Part shown: positions 1 to 12,800 of the stretch, piece after piece
Numbering within the stretch: the stretch's first letter is position 1
How the letters are laid out: each line of letters opens with the position of its first letter
From: Macrostomum lignano
Lineage: Eukaryota
DNA length: 64,000 nucleotides
Direction of reading: 5' to 3'
Assembly (NCBI GenBank): GCA_002269645.1
Contig: NIVC01001883.1
Span: forward strand, 1-64,000
The notes under the pieces: generated by a model
Told to the model about the DNA's origin: nothing
What the model saw: the letters and a program-made list of their open reading frames with translations, nothing else
Databases searched by the model: none
Position numbers and translations under genes: made by a program

Positions 1-389
1 TCATTTGATTGAAGTTCTATAGCTTCATCAGCCGCGTAGTCCCTGCAGCTTCCCCGATCACTTCACCAATGAGAAGATTTTGAAAAATGTTCTGATTGAC
101 AAAGCAGCAAGTTGAGGCGAGCTGGATCAGAATGTTTAGGAAGTTCCATTCAGGTGTGCTTGCAAAGCCTCACATTCTTGAGCTGCCTCTCATGATTGAC
201 GCTTTTAGCTTTAATGCTCAGCGTGCAATTTTATCGATCGGAGTCTGTGATTGGGTGGCAATCATCTTCCCACGGATTTCCACTGTGGGCTGAGGAGGCT
301 GCCCCAATCTCCCACATGGGTGCACTCTGGGCTGAGTCCCAACCCAGGGTAAAGTCTTTCGATCACGAGCCCTCCCAGCGACTTGCCCA

Positions 390-855
390 GCTCTTCCCGT
401 TGATGATGGGGCCGCCGCAGTGAGCGCAGATGGTCAGCACGCGAAGCAGCGCTGACAGCAGATCCGGTTGCCCAGCCGGAAGGCGCGCAGGCCCAGCATC
501 ACCGAGCAGCAGATGCAGCAGCGAAAGCACTCAATGTGGCAGGCCATGAGGTCGTGCGGATGAACTGGTCTCCGGAGATCAAGTCCTTGCAGAAGTGGCA
601 CCGCGAGCCGCTGTTCAAGGAGCCGAGCCGGGTGGACGCGATATTGACCCGGCTGACCCCCACACGACCATCGCTTGCTGTTGCTGTTGCTGCTGCCGTT
701 GTTGTTGCTGTGGCGGCTGCTGCTGCGGGATCTGCGGTGGCGGCAGCTGCTGTGGGATCTGCGGAGGCGGCAGCTGCTGCTGCATCTGCGGAGGCTGCAA
801 CGGTGGCTGCTGCGGCCAGCCCGCCATAGGCGCGGCCATGAGACAGGAGTGCCAA
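390..855 (-). CDS. LIM-domain protein fragment with two -1 frameshifts (one complete LIM domain plus start of a second); pseudogene or assembly error
   Basis: Joining frame 499..855 (RCHFCKDLISGDQFIRT) to frame 434..901 (DLMACHIECFRCCICCSVMLGLRAFRLGNRICCQRC) gives the LIM pattern C-x2-C-x17-H-x2-C-x2-C-x2-C-x17-C-x2-C. A further -1 shift at ~440 continues as VLTICAHCGGPIING, the start of a second LIM. Confidence 0.7.
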
Positions 856-1060
856 GTTCAGTCAGCGCAATTCCTCCACAGGCCGTCCCGTGTTGCGACA
901 AGAAAGAAATGACTGATCATGACTGACTGAGCATATGGGGATCGCATCAGACTTGGCTGAATGCATCAAAACCAGAATCATATAGTAGGAGTCACTCGGA
1001 GCCATAGACGACTGCAATGAAGTGAAACATGCAAAACTTCGAGCAAACAATGGATAAACC

Positions 1061-1464
1061 AAGGAATTCTAAATCTAGCAACTGGAATAACAACTGAAAT
1101 AGCGGTGAGGACTTTTTTATACAAGATGAGGCTACTGCGATTGCCACAGACATAGGATTTGTTTGCCGCATCAACTTATTTAGATTGCCACTAAGAAGAA
1201 TCAGCTTCGTTCGCCTTATTTGTCTTAGCCTGTAAGCACTAATATGCCAGAGTGACTTTGCTGAAGCAAGTCTCTGCAGAAGTTTTGCGTCCTCTGCATG
1301 CCAAATAAATGCGCCGTTTTTGGCTGCAAGTCCGGCAGCGAGTCGGAAACGCGCACGTTTGTTTACGTGTTTACGTCGCACACTTGCGATCTCTAATCTT
1401 GGCCTCATCTTGTATATAGCTGATATTTCAGTTGTCATTCCAGTTGCTAGATTTAGAATTCCTT
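1061..1464. mobile_element. MITE with ~28-bp terminal inverted repeats
   Basis: AAGGAATTCTAAATCTAGCAACTGGAAT at 1061 and its reverse complement ending at 1464. No clean TSD, so superfamily is unassigned. Confidence 0.7.
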
Positions 1465-2956
1465 AGATAAGTAATCAGTGGTCGAGCGCCATAGAAATGT
1501 TGTCACGTGCTGCGACGCTGATTCTTTGCATTGTTTTGCTGCCTGACGTAGTAATGCATAAAAATGCGTATATTGATCGTCAAATTGCTAGACAATGCTT
1601 TCAGGAAGTGATTTTCCCGCTGTATTACGCACATTGAGAACTATGTTTTGTCCCATGCTGCGGGCACTCATTTCCTGGAAAACGATCTACGCGAACAAGT
1701 TGAGATTACAGCACCTGAGGTCAGCGGAAAGTGGAAGCATTATAATTTCAATTCTCCGCGATCCCCTTGCAGCATCGATTTGAACTCAATTCGCCCAGAA
1801 CTGCCGTCAGTTGTGGTCGGACAGTCTGATGATAGAACTTCAGGCTGCTGCTGTGTCCCCAGCCCGCTGACTCAGGGCAAACAATCAATTCCACTCGGCT
1901 GCCCAGCCAGATACGCTAATAAAATTGCTGGGAGCCAAAACACAGCTGGGCGGAGTGACCAGTCAATATCGGATATTTGACTTCCAGTTTAGACAGCCAA
2001 ATTCCTGACTAAACACAGCAGCCCTGGCCGCGGCTTCCGCTTGGCAACGGCAAAGCTGCGGCGCTGTTACTCTCAGCGGCCGAATTGTTTGTTATAGTCC
2101 AGTCGATAGCCGAAAAAAATTGTTGGAGCCGGTGGCCATTGGTTAATCGATACTCCAGCTTCGTTACGATCGTATACGTTTCTCGTAGAGATTGTTAATC
2201 CAGTCCCCTCAGAGTTTTCCACCAGTGGGTGCTTCAACAATGGACAATCTCCTATATGGGTTGACTGACGTACATTTTAAATCAATTAGTCGGTTGCTTC
2301 ACCAGAAATTACAGTATATAATTGATCTGAAGTAAAATCCTCGGCGAAATTAAAAAACTCGGCTAGTGCCTCATTATTCAGTACGCTTCGGCCGATCCAA
2401 ATACGAATACCATTTATGTTACGCCATTAAACCGTAAGCCAAATATGAATTATTCTCAATGTACTAGACTATGGGGGATTCCATCCGGTAGCGGCGCCCA
2501 GCAGACCTGGGGCGGCCTTCCAATTCATCCGGGCCGTCGGCAGGCCGTGTCCCAGAGAGCCCAGCTGCAACGACAGTGTCCACCAGACCATCATCTTGCG
2601 CCGGCGGTGACTCCCAGCTGCAGGCGGGCCACGTGATCCAGACCAAGAGCTACATGTACATGTAACTGCCCCCCAGCCTCTGCAGGATGTCGCTGCTCAA
2701 CATTCAAGGGCCATTTACGAGTTGACGGGGCCAGGCGCGACACGGGAACTGCCTGCTGTGTTGGACCTGCCAACACAAACACTGGTCCGCTCGATCGCGC
2801 TACAGCGTGCAGTGCCATCTGACGCACTCTCTGACCGCATGACTACTTTTAAGGTTGCACCTGTTTTTACTGCGATTTCTATCGACTGCTGACAAGGGAC
2901 AAGTGTCAACGGGTTGCCGACACTGGGAAATTTTCAGGTTGCTCACAAGACGCTCG

Positions 2957-3838
2957 TATGTCATTCCAATGGGTGGCTGATAATAGGTCATTCCCAATGG
3001 TTAGCTGATAATAGGTCATTCCCAATAGGTGGCTGATAATAGGTCATTCCAATGGTTAGCTGATAATAGGTCATTCCCAATAGGTGGCTGATAATAGGTT
3101 ATTCCCGATGGGTGGCTGATAATAGGTCATTCCCGATGGGTGGCTGATAATAGGTCATTCCCAATAGGTGGCTGATAATAGGTCATTCCGATGGGTGGCT
3201 GATAATAGGTTATTCCCGATGGGTGGCTGATAATAGGTCATTCCCGATGGGTGGCTGATAATAGGTCATTCCGATGGGTGGCTGATAATAGGTCATTCCC
3301 GATAGGTGGCTGATAATAGGTCATTCCCAATAGGTGGCTGATAATAGGTCATTCCCGATGGGTGGCTGATAATAGGTCATTCCCGATGGGTGGCTGATAA
3401 TAGGTCATTCCCGATGGGTGGCTGATAATAGGTCATTCCCAATGGGTGGCTGATAATAGGTCATTCCCGATGGTGGCTGATAATAGGTCATTCCCAATGG
3501 TGGCTGATAATAGGTCATTCCCGATGGTGGCTGATAATAGGTCATTCCCAATGGGTGGCTGATAATAGGTCATTCCCGATGGTGGCTGATAATAGGTTAT
3601 TCCCAATGGTTAGCTGATAATAGGTCATTCCCGATGGGTGGCTGATAATAGGTTATTCCCAATGGTTAGCTGATAATAGGACATTCCCAATGGGAGGCTA
3701 ATACATGTAATAGGTCATTCCCAATAGGTGGCTGATAATAGGTCATTCCCGATGGGTGGCTGATAATAGGTTATTCCCAATGGTTAGCTGATAATAGGAC
3801 ATTCCCAATGGGAGGCTAATAATAGGTCATTCCCAATG
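2957..3838. repeat. ~29-bp minisatellite (GGGTGGCTGATAATAGGTCATTCCCGAT)n
   Basis: About 30 directly visible tandem copies. Confidence 0.95.
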
Positions 3839-4740
3839 AGAGGCCCAATAACCGGACAATCTCAAGGATATGCCAATCTGGTGGATTCTAAAAAAACAGG
3901 TTGCGTTCTGCACTGTGGCAATGGTGAAAACCGATTACAATTGTAGATCAGAAGAATCTCAACTCGAATCTCAGAACAGAAGCAGCTTGGCTTGAAGCAG
4001 GCAGGTCACTGGAAAAATTTGCAATATTTCAGAACCATTTCCAGTTGCTAAGTGGTTGAGATTAATAATTCAGTAACTGACTTAACGATAAGAGAAATAT
4101 CTGGGTCTGTAGGGAGCAGTAAATTTCATTTCTTCAGTTCATAAAATCAATTTCCATGCCATTTTAGAGACAATTTCAAATGAAACAGAGTTTTAACCCA
4201 GTTTTAAACTTTTAAGGTTGTTTCCATTAAAAAGGCAAAATGAAAGTGCTAATTTCATTTATTAAAATCGCTAAATAATTAATAATCCCATTTTTATTTT
4301 CACACAAACTCCAATAAAGCAGAGCCGCCGCTCCGCAAAAAGACAAGCGGGCACAAATAAGAAAAACAAAATTCATCTTTCAGGGCCGTAGGAAAATTAT
4401 GCCAGCGGACAGTTTGATGGTTTTGGGAAAATAAATGAGCAGAACAAACAGCAAAATGTCCTAAGCATGCTACTTACTGTTAAGTAGTAAGCGAAAGCCA
4501 ATACTACTTATCTAATTGGTAGATCTATCAGCCCATCAGCTCGTAAGAAGGGGGCCGGAATTAACTAAGGGGGCCGGAAAAGCAGATTAACACGCACTCT
4601 GGATTCGAATGCAAAGTCACCATCCATGCTGTGCTCTGCTGCTAATCCGGAGAAACTCCAGCAATTCAAGTTGCGATTGCTACCTGCCCAAGATATCTCT
4701 TGTGTAATAAATAAAATGGGGTAGCCGAGGGGAGGGCAGC

Positions 4741-6331
4741 TCAGTGCTGCCGATTCAGCAGTCGGTCGATAAGCGAGTGCAGAGCCTCACTGGCCGGCAC
4801 AGCGGGCAGCTGGCTGAGCTGCCAGTGGGCCTCGCGGCAGTGCAGCTGGGCCAGCATCCGGTCTGGCCAACGCCGTCGGCGCGGGCCACGCTGTCCAGAG
4901 CCAGCTGGAGGTCACCTGGACGGGAGAGCCGGCGGGCAACGGCGGCCCGCAGTTGCGGACAGGTCTGCATGGCAAACAGCACCGGCCCAGTGAGGACGCC
5001 GCGGCGCAGGTCGGCAGCACCAGCAGGCTTGCCCAGCTGGACGTCAGAGGCCTCAAAATCTAGCAAGTCGTCAACCTGCGGGTCCGAGTAGGGTTGACGG
5101 GAGAGCGACAGGGTCAGCTGGGCCGGGTTTTTTGAGTTTCGAAAGCAGATTTTGATATTAAAAACGTCTTGAGAAGTTGGCATCAGTCTGGTAGGTGGTA
5201 GATACAGCGGAGTCTTCATCTGGACTCGAGAGTGGTGCATGAATTCATCATCTGGCATCAATATGTGGAATGGAACAGTGAGATGTTGCTGTGCTTCAGC
5301 AATATACCGAAATCCCCCGACGGGACTACTCAGCTATTAGTGGTAAAGAAAGCATTTTCTGAATCTTGGAAATCTCTCAGACGCTCACCAGCTGGAACGC
5401 CATGCCGATGCTGCGCCCGAGTTCGAATGCGGCTGCCGCGGTAGCCGGACTGGAGCCTGGCGCCAGAACTGCGGCGCACTTGGCCGAGTGCGCCAGCAGC
5501 GCGGCGGTCTTCCTATAAGTCCTGGCCAGGTAGCGGCTGAGGTCGCCGGTCTCGCCAAGCTGGTCGAGCTCGCCGCGCACCAGGTCGCTGATGGCTGTGG
5601 CCATGCCGCGGACAACCAGCGGGTGGCCAGTGCCGGCCAGCAGCTGAGAGGCCACGCCAATCATGTGATCGCCGGCCAGGACAGCGTCGCGATGGCCGAA
5701 TCGGCTCTGCACGGAGGCGGCGCCGCGGCGCAGGTCGGAGCCGTCGATGAGATCGTCGTGGATCAGCGAGGCGGAGTGGATCATCTCTGTCACTATGGCG
5801 ACGGTGCGCTGCCGCTGGCAGGCCGGCAGACCGGCATTGCAGACGTGCGACACCAGCAGGACAAGCAGGGGCCTAACCAGCTTCCCGGGCGCGTCCAGAT
5901 GGTGCCGCATCATTAGGCTGAGTTTATCGGGCGCCGAATCGGGCGTCAGGTGAGTCCGCATGTCGGCCGCCAGGGTCGCCGTCTGGGCTTGGAGCTCCGA
6001 GAGCAGCCGCTCCGACTCTGGCGTAGGCGGCGTTGAGGATGAAGCGTCTTGGGCGCCGATGGCGGTGGCGCTGACGCGGGCGCGAACCGGCGCGCTAAAG
6101 CAGAAGCGGCGAGCGCAAGCGGCGCAGACGCGAAGCCTGCGTCAGTAAATGGAATTCAAACCGAATGAAAATAAATGCGGTGAAAATTGTACCAAGACTC
6201 GAGTGGCCAGGCACTGTCAGTGGGTAAAGCTTGACCTCACAATGGGTCGGAATAGCGTATATTTTAGCATCATAAAATATAATATTCAGAGTGCAATAAA
6301 TCATATTATCGAGAACTCACCGAGAGTACAT
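4741..6331 (-). CDS. PDSS1: All-trans polyprenyl (decaprenyl) diphosphate synthase subunit 1-like; 3 coding exons
   Basis: Exons 6331-6321 (ATGTACTCTCG|gtgagt), 6136-5389 (branch TACTGAC, cag| ... FQL|gtgagc) and 5075-4741. Motifs: GKLVRP, FARM HDDLID..LRRG, second Asp-rich motif FQL|VDDLLD; Arg-rich N-terminus resembles a mitochondrial presequence. One -1 frameshift near 4868 restores the C-terminus MLAQLHCREAHWQLSQLP..LIDRLLNRQH*. Upstream non-coding exon at 6661-6604. Confidence 0.88.
5179..5255 (-). ncRNA. Intronic box C/D snoRNA, copy 1 (predicted 18S Gm1271 yeast / Gm1328 human guide, SNORD32/snR40-like)
   Basis: C box ATGATGA (5251-5245), D box CTGA (5186-5183), internal C'-like TGAAGA. 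Guide CATGCACCAC is antisense to the conserved 18S GTGGTGCATG. Lies inside PDSS1 intron 5388-5076. Confidence 0.8.
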
Positions 6332-6477
6332 GTGGATACTACTGGTAGCTCTCTTGAACACAGGCAGAAAATCGAAGGCCTAATCGCGGTGCTCAGCTGA
6401 AGCAGAGAAAAAAAAATATAGTTTTTATAATAGAGAAAAAGAACAAATTTTCTAAGTAAAAATGTTTGACTGCTAGT

Positions 6478-6553
6478 TGCATCAGACTGGTAGGTGGTAG
6501 ATATACCGTCCTCATTATTCAATAGGAGTGGTGCATGATTTATCATCACATGA
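6478..6553 (-). ncRNA. Intronic box C/D snoRNA, copy 2
   Basis: C box GTGATGA (6549-6543), D box CTGA (6485-6482), same two guide blocks (CATGCACCAC; ATCTACCACCTACCAG). Lies in 5'-UTR intron 6603-6397. Confidence 0.8.
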
Positions 6554-6745
6554 ATCATAGCACAGGCCTAGGCCTTAGCCTAACAGAAATGATTGGAACT
6601 CACATCAAATTGATCTGGCCATAGCCATCCGAGACCTGCCTTTTGATGACGACGATGGAGGCTGCAAGACAAATTGTTGTTTAAAGTATTAGCAAACAAA
6701 TCTAACACAATCCTATAATCCAAAAGTCGGATATTATACAATAAA

Positions 6746-6823
6746 TAGCTCAGTCTGGTAGGTGGTAGATCAAAGGAGTCTTCATGTTAACTAGAGAGTG
6801 TCGTGCATGAATTCATCATTTAG
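6746..6823 (-). ncRNA. Intronic box C/D snoRNA, copy 3
   Basis: C box ATGATGA (6819-6813), D box CTGA (6753-6750). The D-adjacent block is identical to copies 1 and 2; the 18S guide is altered (CATGCACGACAC). Lies upstream of the acceptor at 6662. Confidence 0.72.
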
Positions 6824-6852
6824 ACAAGTAACACGCAGGGCAATATACAATA

Positions 6853-9800
6853 CGAGTGGAAACTCCTCCTTCGGAGGAGAAAGGGAAAGAACTCCCATCA
6901 CCGGAATTTCCATTCCCTGAAATCCATCAGACCTGAAACTCCATGACTTGAATCCCATCTTCCAAATCGTCTCCAAATTCTTTACAAAACCTTTGAAAGA
7001 CCATAGCTCAAAGACTCTCAAGTCTCTCATATCTCCTCCTCCTCTTTCGCTATTATCATGACTCTCTTCTCTCTCCTCTCTCTCATCTCATCTCTACCCT
7101 ACTCCTTATTTATATCTTCTCCCTGGTCTTTCGTCTCTACTCGTACTACCTGTCTCATTTTCCCCTCTTTTCTCATCTCTTCTCTCTCCCCTCTCCTCCA
7201 TCATCTCTCATCCTTCATTCTCACTTCTTTCTTTCTCTTACTCTCCCCTCTCTTCTATTTCCCCTGTACGCTCTTATCCCTCATCTCTATTCTCTCTCTA
7301 TCATCTCTCAAATTCTTTACAAAACCTTTCAAAGACCAATAGCTCAAAGACTCTCACGTCTCTCATATCTCCTCTCTCATATCTCTTCCCTCATCTCACT
7401 CTTTCTTCTCCTCTACTCTCCCCTCCTTCTATTTCCTCTGTACGCTCTTATCCGTCATCTATTCTCTTTCTATTATCTCTCTTGTCTCCCTCTGCTATCT
7501 CATATCTCCCCTCTCATCTCTCTCTCCTCTTCTCTTCTCTCTCCCTCTTCGTTTCGCTTACTCCTCTTCTCTTCCATCGCGTCATGTCTAATCTATCATG
7601 CATTTCTACTCTGTTTTATACCATCTCATGTCTCTTCTCTTTTCGATCTTCTCTTTACTCTCTTTTATGACTGATGAAGATGCAAATCTATCAAGATCCT
7701 CTCGCAAAGCAGAAATCCTCTCGTGAAACTGAAAACCATTGAAATCCTCTCCGCGAAACAGAAATCCTCTCCGTGAAACTGAAAACCATCGAAATTATCT
7801 CTTTAAAACTGGACTCAATCGAAAATTTTCTCCGTCAAAAAAATAAATTAGGATTCACTGCGTTAGGTTATGTTAGGGTTAGGGTTAGGGTTAGAGCTAC
7901 ACACAGCTGCGTGTTTAAATAAAAAATTGAGCCAATTGAATCAATTGATAGCGCAACCGATTTCAAGTCAGTCAGTATCCAGTCTCAGGTAAAGTGAACA
8001 AAAAGATTGCGCAATTTAATCAACCCCCAGTACACAGAGACCGGCCCCTTTTCAATACGCAGTGGCAGTTAGAAATTGAACCGGTGTTGGGGCATTGAAC
8101 TAAAAATGAGTACAATCTTTGCAGAAAGCTAAAAGTATGGAAATATAGTTTTTGTATGCTGTGCTTTTAGTCTTTTTATTTAAAGCAAACAATTTATATC
8201 CTCGAACTCAGCGTTGCAAGATCTTTTCAGCAGTATAACGTTCTCTTCTCTTAAAGTTTAACTCGAAGAGAGTTAGCGTTTGAAAGTTCCCTTTAAAGCA
8301 TTAAATGTCGCTGTACGTTCACTGCCTGCCAAAGAGGCTCGCAACGTTTATTCATTCATTACACAGGCGGCTATTACACAGGGCAGCTATTAAAAGGCAC
8401 AGATAATGAAACAAATTGATGTCGCAACGATTTCACGAGTCAGTCATTATCAGTCTCAGTTAAGTTAACAAAAACATTGCGCAATATAAATCAACCTCCA
8501 ATCCACAGCAGTTGAGAAGTTGAACCCTCCCCCCAACTTTATCTATTTCGTCTCGCAAAACTGAGTACAATATTTGCAAAAAGTTAAAAGTATGGAAATA
8601 GTTTTTCAAATGCTGTGCTTTTTCTTTTCATATTTAAAGCAAACAATTTATATCCCCGAACTCAGCGTTGCAAGATCTTTCCAGCAATATAAGTCTCTTC
8701 TTTCAAAGTTTAAAACTCGAGGAACAGTTAGCGTTTGAAACTGTCTGATTTATAGCATTGAAGTATCGAGTGTACGTTCACTGCCTGCTTGCAAGTTGAT
8801 GCATTGAATTTCAATGTCCAACAAATACACAGGACTGCCCATTGAAAGGCAGGAAAACTTATCAGTAGCCATATCATTGCGCAATTATCTATACAGTCAG
8901 CCAGTGAGCCAGGGTCCAAGTGTACACACGCAGCCACTGAGAACGCTCCCACCCCCCACTGGAAAGAAAATACACTGCATAGATAGGGAAAAGTTGTGGC
9001 GCAATCACTTGAAATTCATGCAAATTTTCAGCTCCAAGCAGAAAGAGGGGACAATTAAGATTATCAAAGGTCAAGACCGCCGTTTTCTGCTTTTTTGAGG
9101 ATCTTAGAAATTAAAATTTCAGAATTAAAATAGCCTATAGCCGACCTCGGATAATTTCCAATCTTCCCATATAAGTTTCAACGCTGAGTTGCACTATTCA
9201 AGGAGGAGTTGTCGAAATGACAACACACAGACACACACACACAGACAGACAGACAAACAACACGTCAACTTTAGTATATAGAGTGGAACTCCTCCTTCGG
9301 AGGAGAAAGGGGAAGAACTCCCATCACCGGAATTCTATTCCCTGAAATATCCATCAACTGAAATTCCATGTCTTTAACCCTATCTTCCAAATCGTCTCCA
9401 AATTCTTTACAAAATCTTTCAAAGACCATAGCTCAAAGACTCTTACGTCTCTCATATCTACTCTCTCCTCTCTTCGCTATTATCGTGACTCGCTTCTCTC
9501 TCCTCTCTCTCATCTCATCTCTACCCCTACTCTCTTATTTATCTCTACTCCCTTATTTATCTCTTCTCCCTCGTCTTTCGTCTGTACCCTATCCTGTCTA
9601 CTCTCCTATCTTCTATCTTATCTCTCCCCTTTTCTCTCCTCTCTCATATCTAATCTCTAATCACTTATCTATCGTCTCCGCTCTACTTTCTCTCTTCTTT
9701 TTTCTCTCTTCTCTCTGCTCTCATTTCTCGTATCTCTTATACGCTCTCACCCTCTCCTTTCTTATCTCCCATCTTTCTTCCCTCCTTTCTACTGCATCAC

Positions 9801-12800
9801 CTGTCTCCTCTCTTCTCTTTTCTCTCCTCTCCATTCTCTCTTCTCTACTCTCATCTCCCCTCATCTCTTCTCTAATCTCTAATCTCTTCTCTCTCTTATT
9901 TTCTCACTCATCTCTTTTCTCATTGCATCTCTCATCTCTCCTCTCTCTCTCTCCTCTCATCTGTACTATCTTTTTTATCTCTTCTCCCAGGTCTTTCAAA
10001 TTTACTCTCTCCTGTCTCCTCTCTCCCCTCGTCTTTCCTCTCTCATATCTCTTCTCTACTCACTTATATATTCTCTCTCCTCTGCTCCCCTTTTACACTT
10101 TCCTATATGCTCTCACTCTCACCCTCCCCTTTCTTATCTGCTGTTTTTACACTCCTTTCTACCACCTGTCTCCTCTCGTTTCTCTCCTCTCTGCACTCTC
10201 ATCTTTACCCTCTTCTTTCTCCTCACTACTTTCTTCTCTTAAATCTCTGATCTCTGATCTTTCATCTCTCTCCTCTCACCTCTCACCTCTCTCCTCTCTT
10301 TCCTCTCTTCTATTGCCTCTGTACGCTCTTGTCCCTCCTTTCTTCTCCATCCTGTCTCCTCTCTGCAATCTCATATCTCCTCTCTCATATCCTCTCCCTT
10401 CATCTCCTCTCTCCTCTTCTCTTCTCTCTCCTTCGTTCCCGCCTTACTTTCCTCTTCTCTCCCATCTGTCATGTCTAATCTCTCCACTCATTTCTACTCT
10501 GTTTTCTATCATCTCATCTCTCTTCTCTTTTCATTCTTCTCTTTACTCTCTTCTCTGACTGATTGAAGATGCCAAATCCATCAAATCCTCTCCGCGAAGC
10601 AGAAATCCTGTCCGTGCAACTGAAAACCATCGAAATCCTCTCCGTGAAACTGGACTCCTTCGAAATCCTCTCCTTGAAACTTAAATCCATCAAAATCGTC
10701 TCCATAAAACAGAAATCAATCATAAATTATCTCCGCGAAACAGAAATCCTCTCCGTGAAGCTGAACATCATCGAAATCCTCTCCGTGAAACTGAACACCT
10801 TCGAAATCCTCTCCGTGAAACTGAACACCTTCGAAATCCTCTCCGTGAACTGACTCCTTCGAAATCCTCTCCTTGAAACTTAAATCTATCAAAATCGTCT
10901 CCATAAAGCAGAAATCAATCATAAATTTAACTCCGCGAAACAGAAATCCTCTCCGTGAAGCTGAACATCATCAAAATCCTCTCCGTGAAACTGAGCACCA
11001 TCGAAATCCTCTCCACGAAACAGAAATCCTCTTTGTCAAAATTAAAACATTGAAATCGTCTCCGCTAAACTGGACTCAATCAATTTTTTCCGTCAAACAA
11101 CTCAACTCTCCGGATTCATTGGTTAGGGTTAGGGTTAGGGTTAGAACTACGCACAGCTTCGTGTTAAAAGGCACTGATAAACTATTGAACTAATTGAATC
11201 AATTCATTGCGCAACCGATTTCACAGTCAGTCAGTATCAGTCTCAGTTAAAGTTAACAAAAACATTGCGCAATCTAAATCAACCCTCCAATACAAAGCAA
11301 CTGACCCCCTTCCTATACACAGCGCCAGTTGGAAGTCGAAACCCCCAACTTTATCTCTCACCTCTCGCCAAAATGAGTACAATCTTTGCAGAAAGTTTAA
11401 AGTATGGAAATAGTTTTTGCAATGCAGAGCTTTTAGTTTTCATATTTGAAGCAAACAATTTATATCCCTGAAATCAGCTTTGCAAGTTCTTTCCAGCAAT
11501 ATAAATTTTTTCTCTCAAAGTTAAAAACTCGAGCAACAGTTTGCGTTTGAAACTTTCTGATTTAAAGCATTGAAATATCGATTGTACGTTCACTGCCTGC
11601 TAAAGAGGCCCGCAAGTTTATGCATTGAATTTCAACGTTCAACAAAATCACAGGGCTGCCTATTGAAAATTAGAACACAAATCTTTGCGCAATTGTCTAT
11701 ACAGTCAGCCAGTGAGCCAGGGTCCGATTGTACACAGGCAGCCATTTAGAACGCCCCATCCCCCCACTGGAGAGAAAATACACTGCAGAGATAGGGAAAA
11801 GTTGTGGCGCAATCACTTGAAATTCATGCAAATTTTCAGCTCCAAGCAGAAAGAGGGGACAATTAAGATTATCAAAGGTCAAGACCGCCGTTTTCTGCTT
11901 TTTTGAGGATTTAGAAATTAAAATTTCAGAATTAAAATAGCCTATAGCCGACCTCGGATAATTTCCAATCTTCCCATATAAGTTTCAACGCTGAGTTGCC
12001 ACTATTCAAGGAGGAGTTGTCGAAATGACAGACAGACACACAGACAGACAGACAAACAACGCGTCAACTTTAGTATATACGAGTGGAACTCCTCCTTCGG
12101 AGGAGAAAGGGGAAGAACTCCCATCACCGGAATTCTATTCCTGAAATATCCATCAACTGAAATTCCATGTCTTTAACCCTATCTTCCAAATCGTCTCCAA
12201 ATTCTTTACAAAATCTTTCAAAGACCATGCTCAAAGACTCTCAAGTCTCTCATATCTCCTCTCTCCTCTCTCTCATCTCATCTCTACCCTGCTCCCTTAT
12301 TTATCTCTTCTCCCTCGTCTTTCGTCTGTACCTTCTCCTGTCTTCTGTCTCCTCTCTTCACTCTTATCTCTCCCTCTTCTCTCCTCTCTCATATGTCATC
12401 TCTACTCACTTATCTATCGTCTCTCTTAACCCTCTCTCTCTCTTCTCTTTTCTCTTCTCTCTGCTCTCATTTCTCATATTCATATACGCTCTGACACTCT
12501 ACTTTCTTGTCTCCCATCTTTCTTCCTCCTTCACTATCCCTGTCTCTTCTCTTCTCTCTTTTTATTCTCTCCATTCTCTCTTTTCTCCTTTCCTTGCTCC
12601 TTTCATCTCTCTCCTCTCTCCTCACTCTCTTCTCCTTTCGCTTCTCTCTCCTCTCTCTCCTCTCATCTTTACTACCTATTTATATCTTCTCCCTAGTCTT
12701 TCGTCTGTACTCTCTCCTGTCTCCTCTCTCCCCTGCTCTCTCATCCCTCATCTCCTCATCTCACTCTTTCTTTCTCCTCTACTCTCCCCTCTCTTCTATT

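Noticed and set aside
2445-2830. GC-rich patch with short ORFs on both strands
   Set aside because: No recognisable domain or consistent splice chain; it may be an exon or UTR of an unidentified gene but cannot be supported.
4741-6331. PDSS1-like gene as a bacterial ispB transfer
   Set aside because: It has a mitochondrial-presequence-like N-terminus, snoRNA-hosting introns and a C-terminus like animal PDSS1; vertical inheritance is the simpler explanation.
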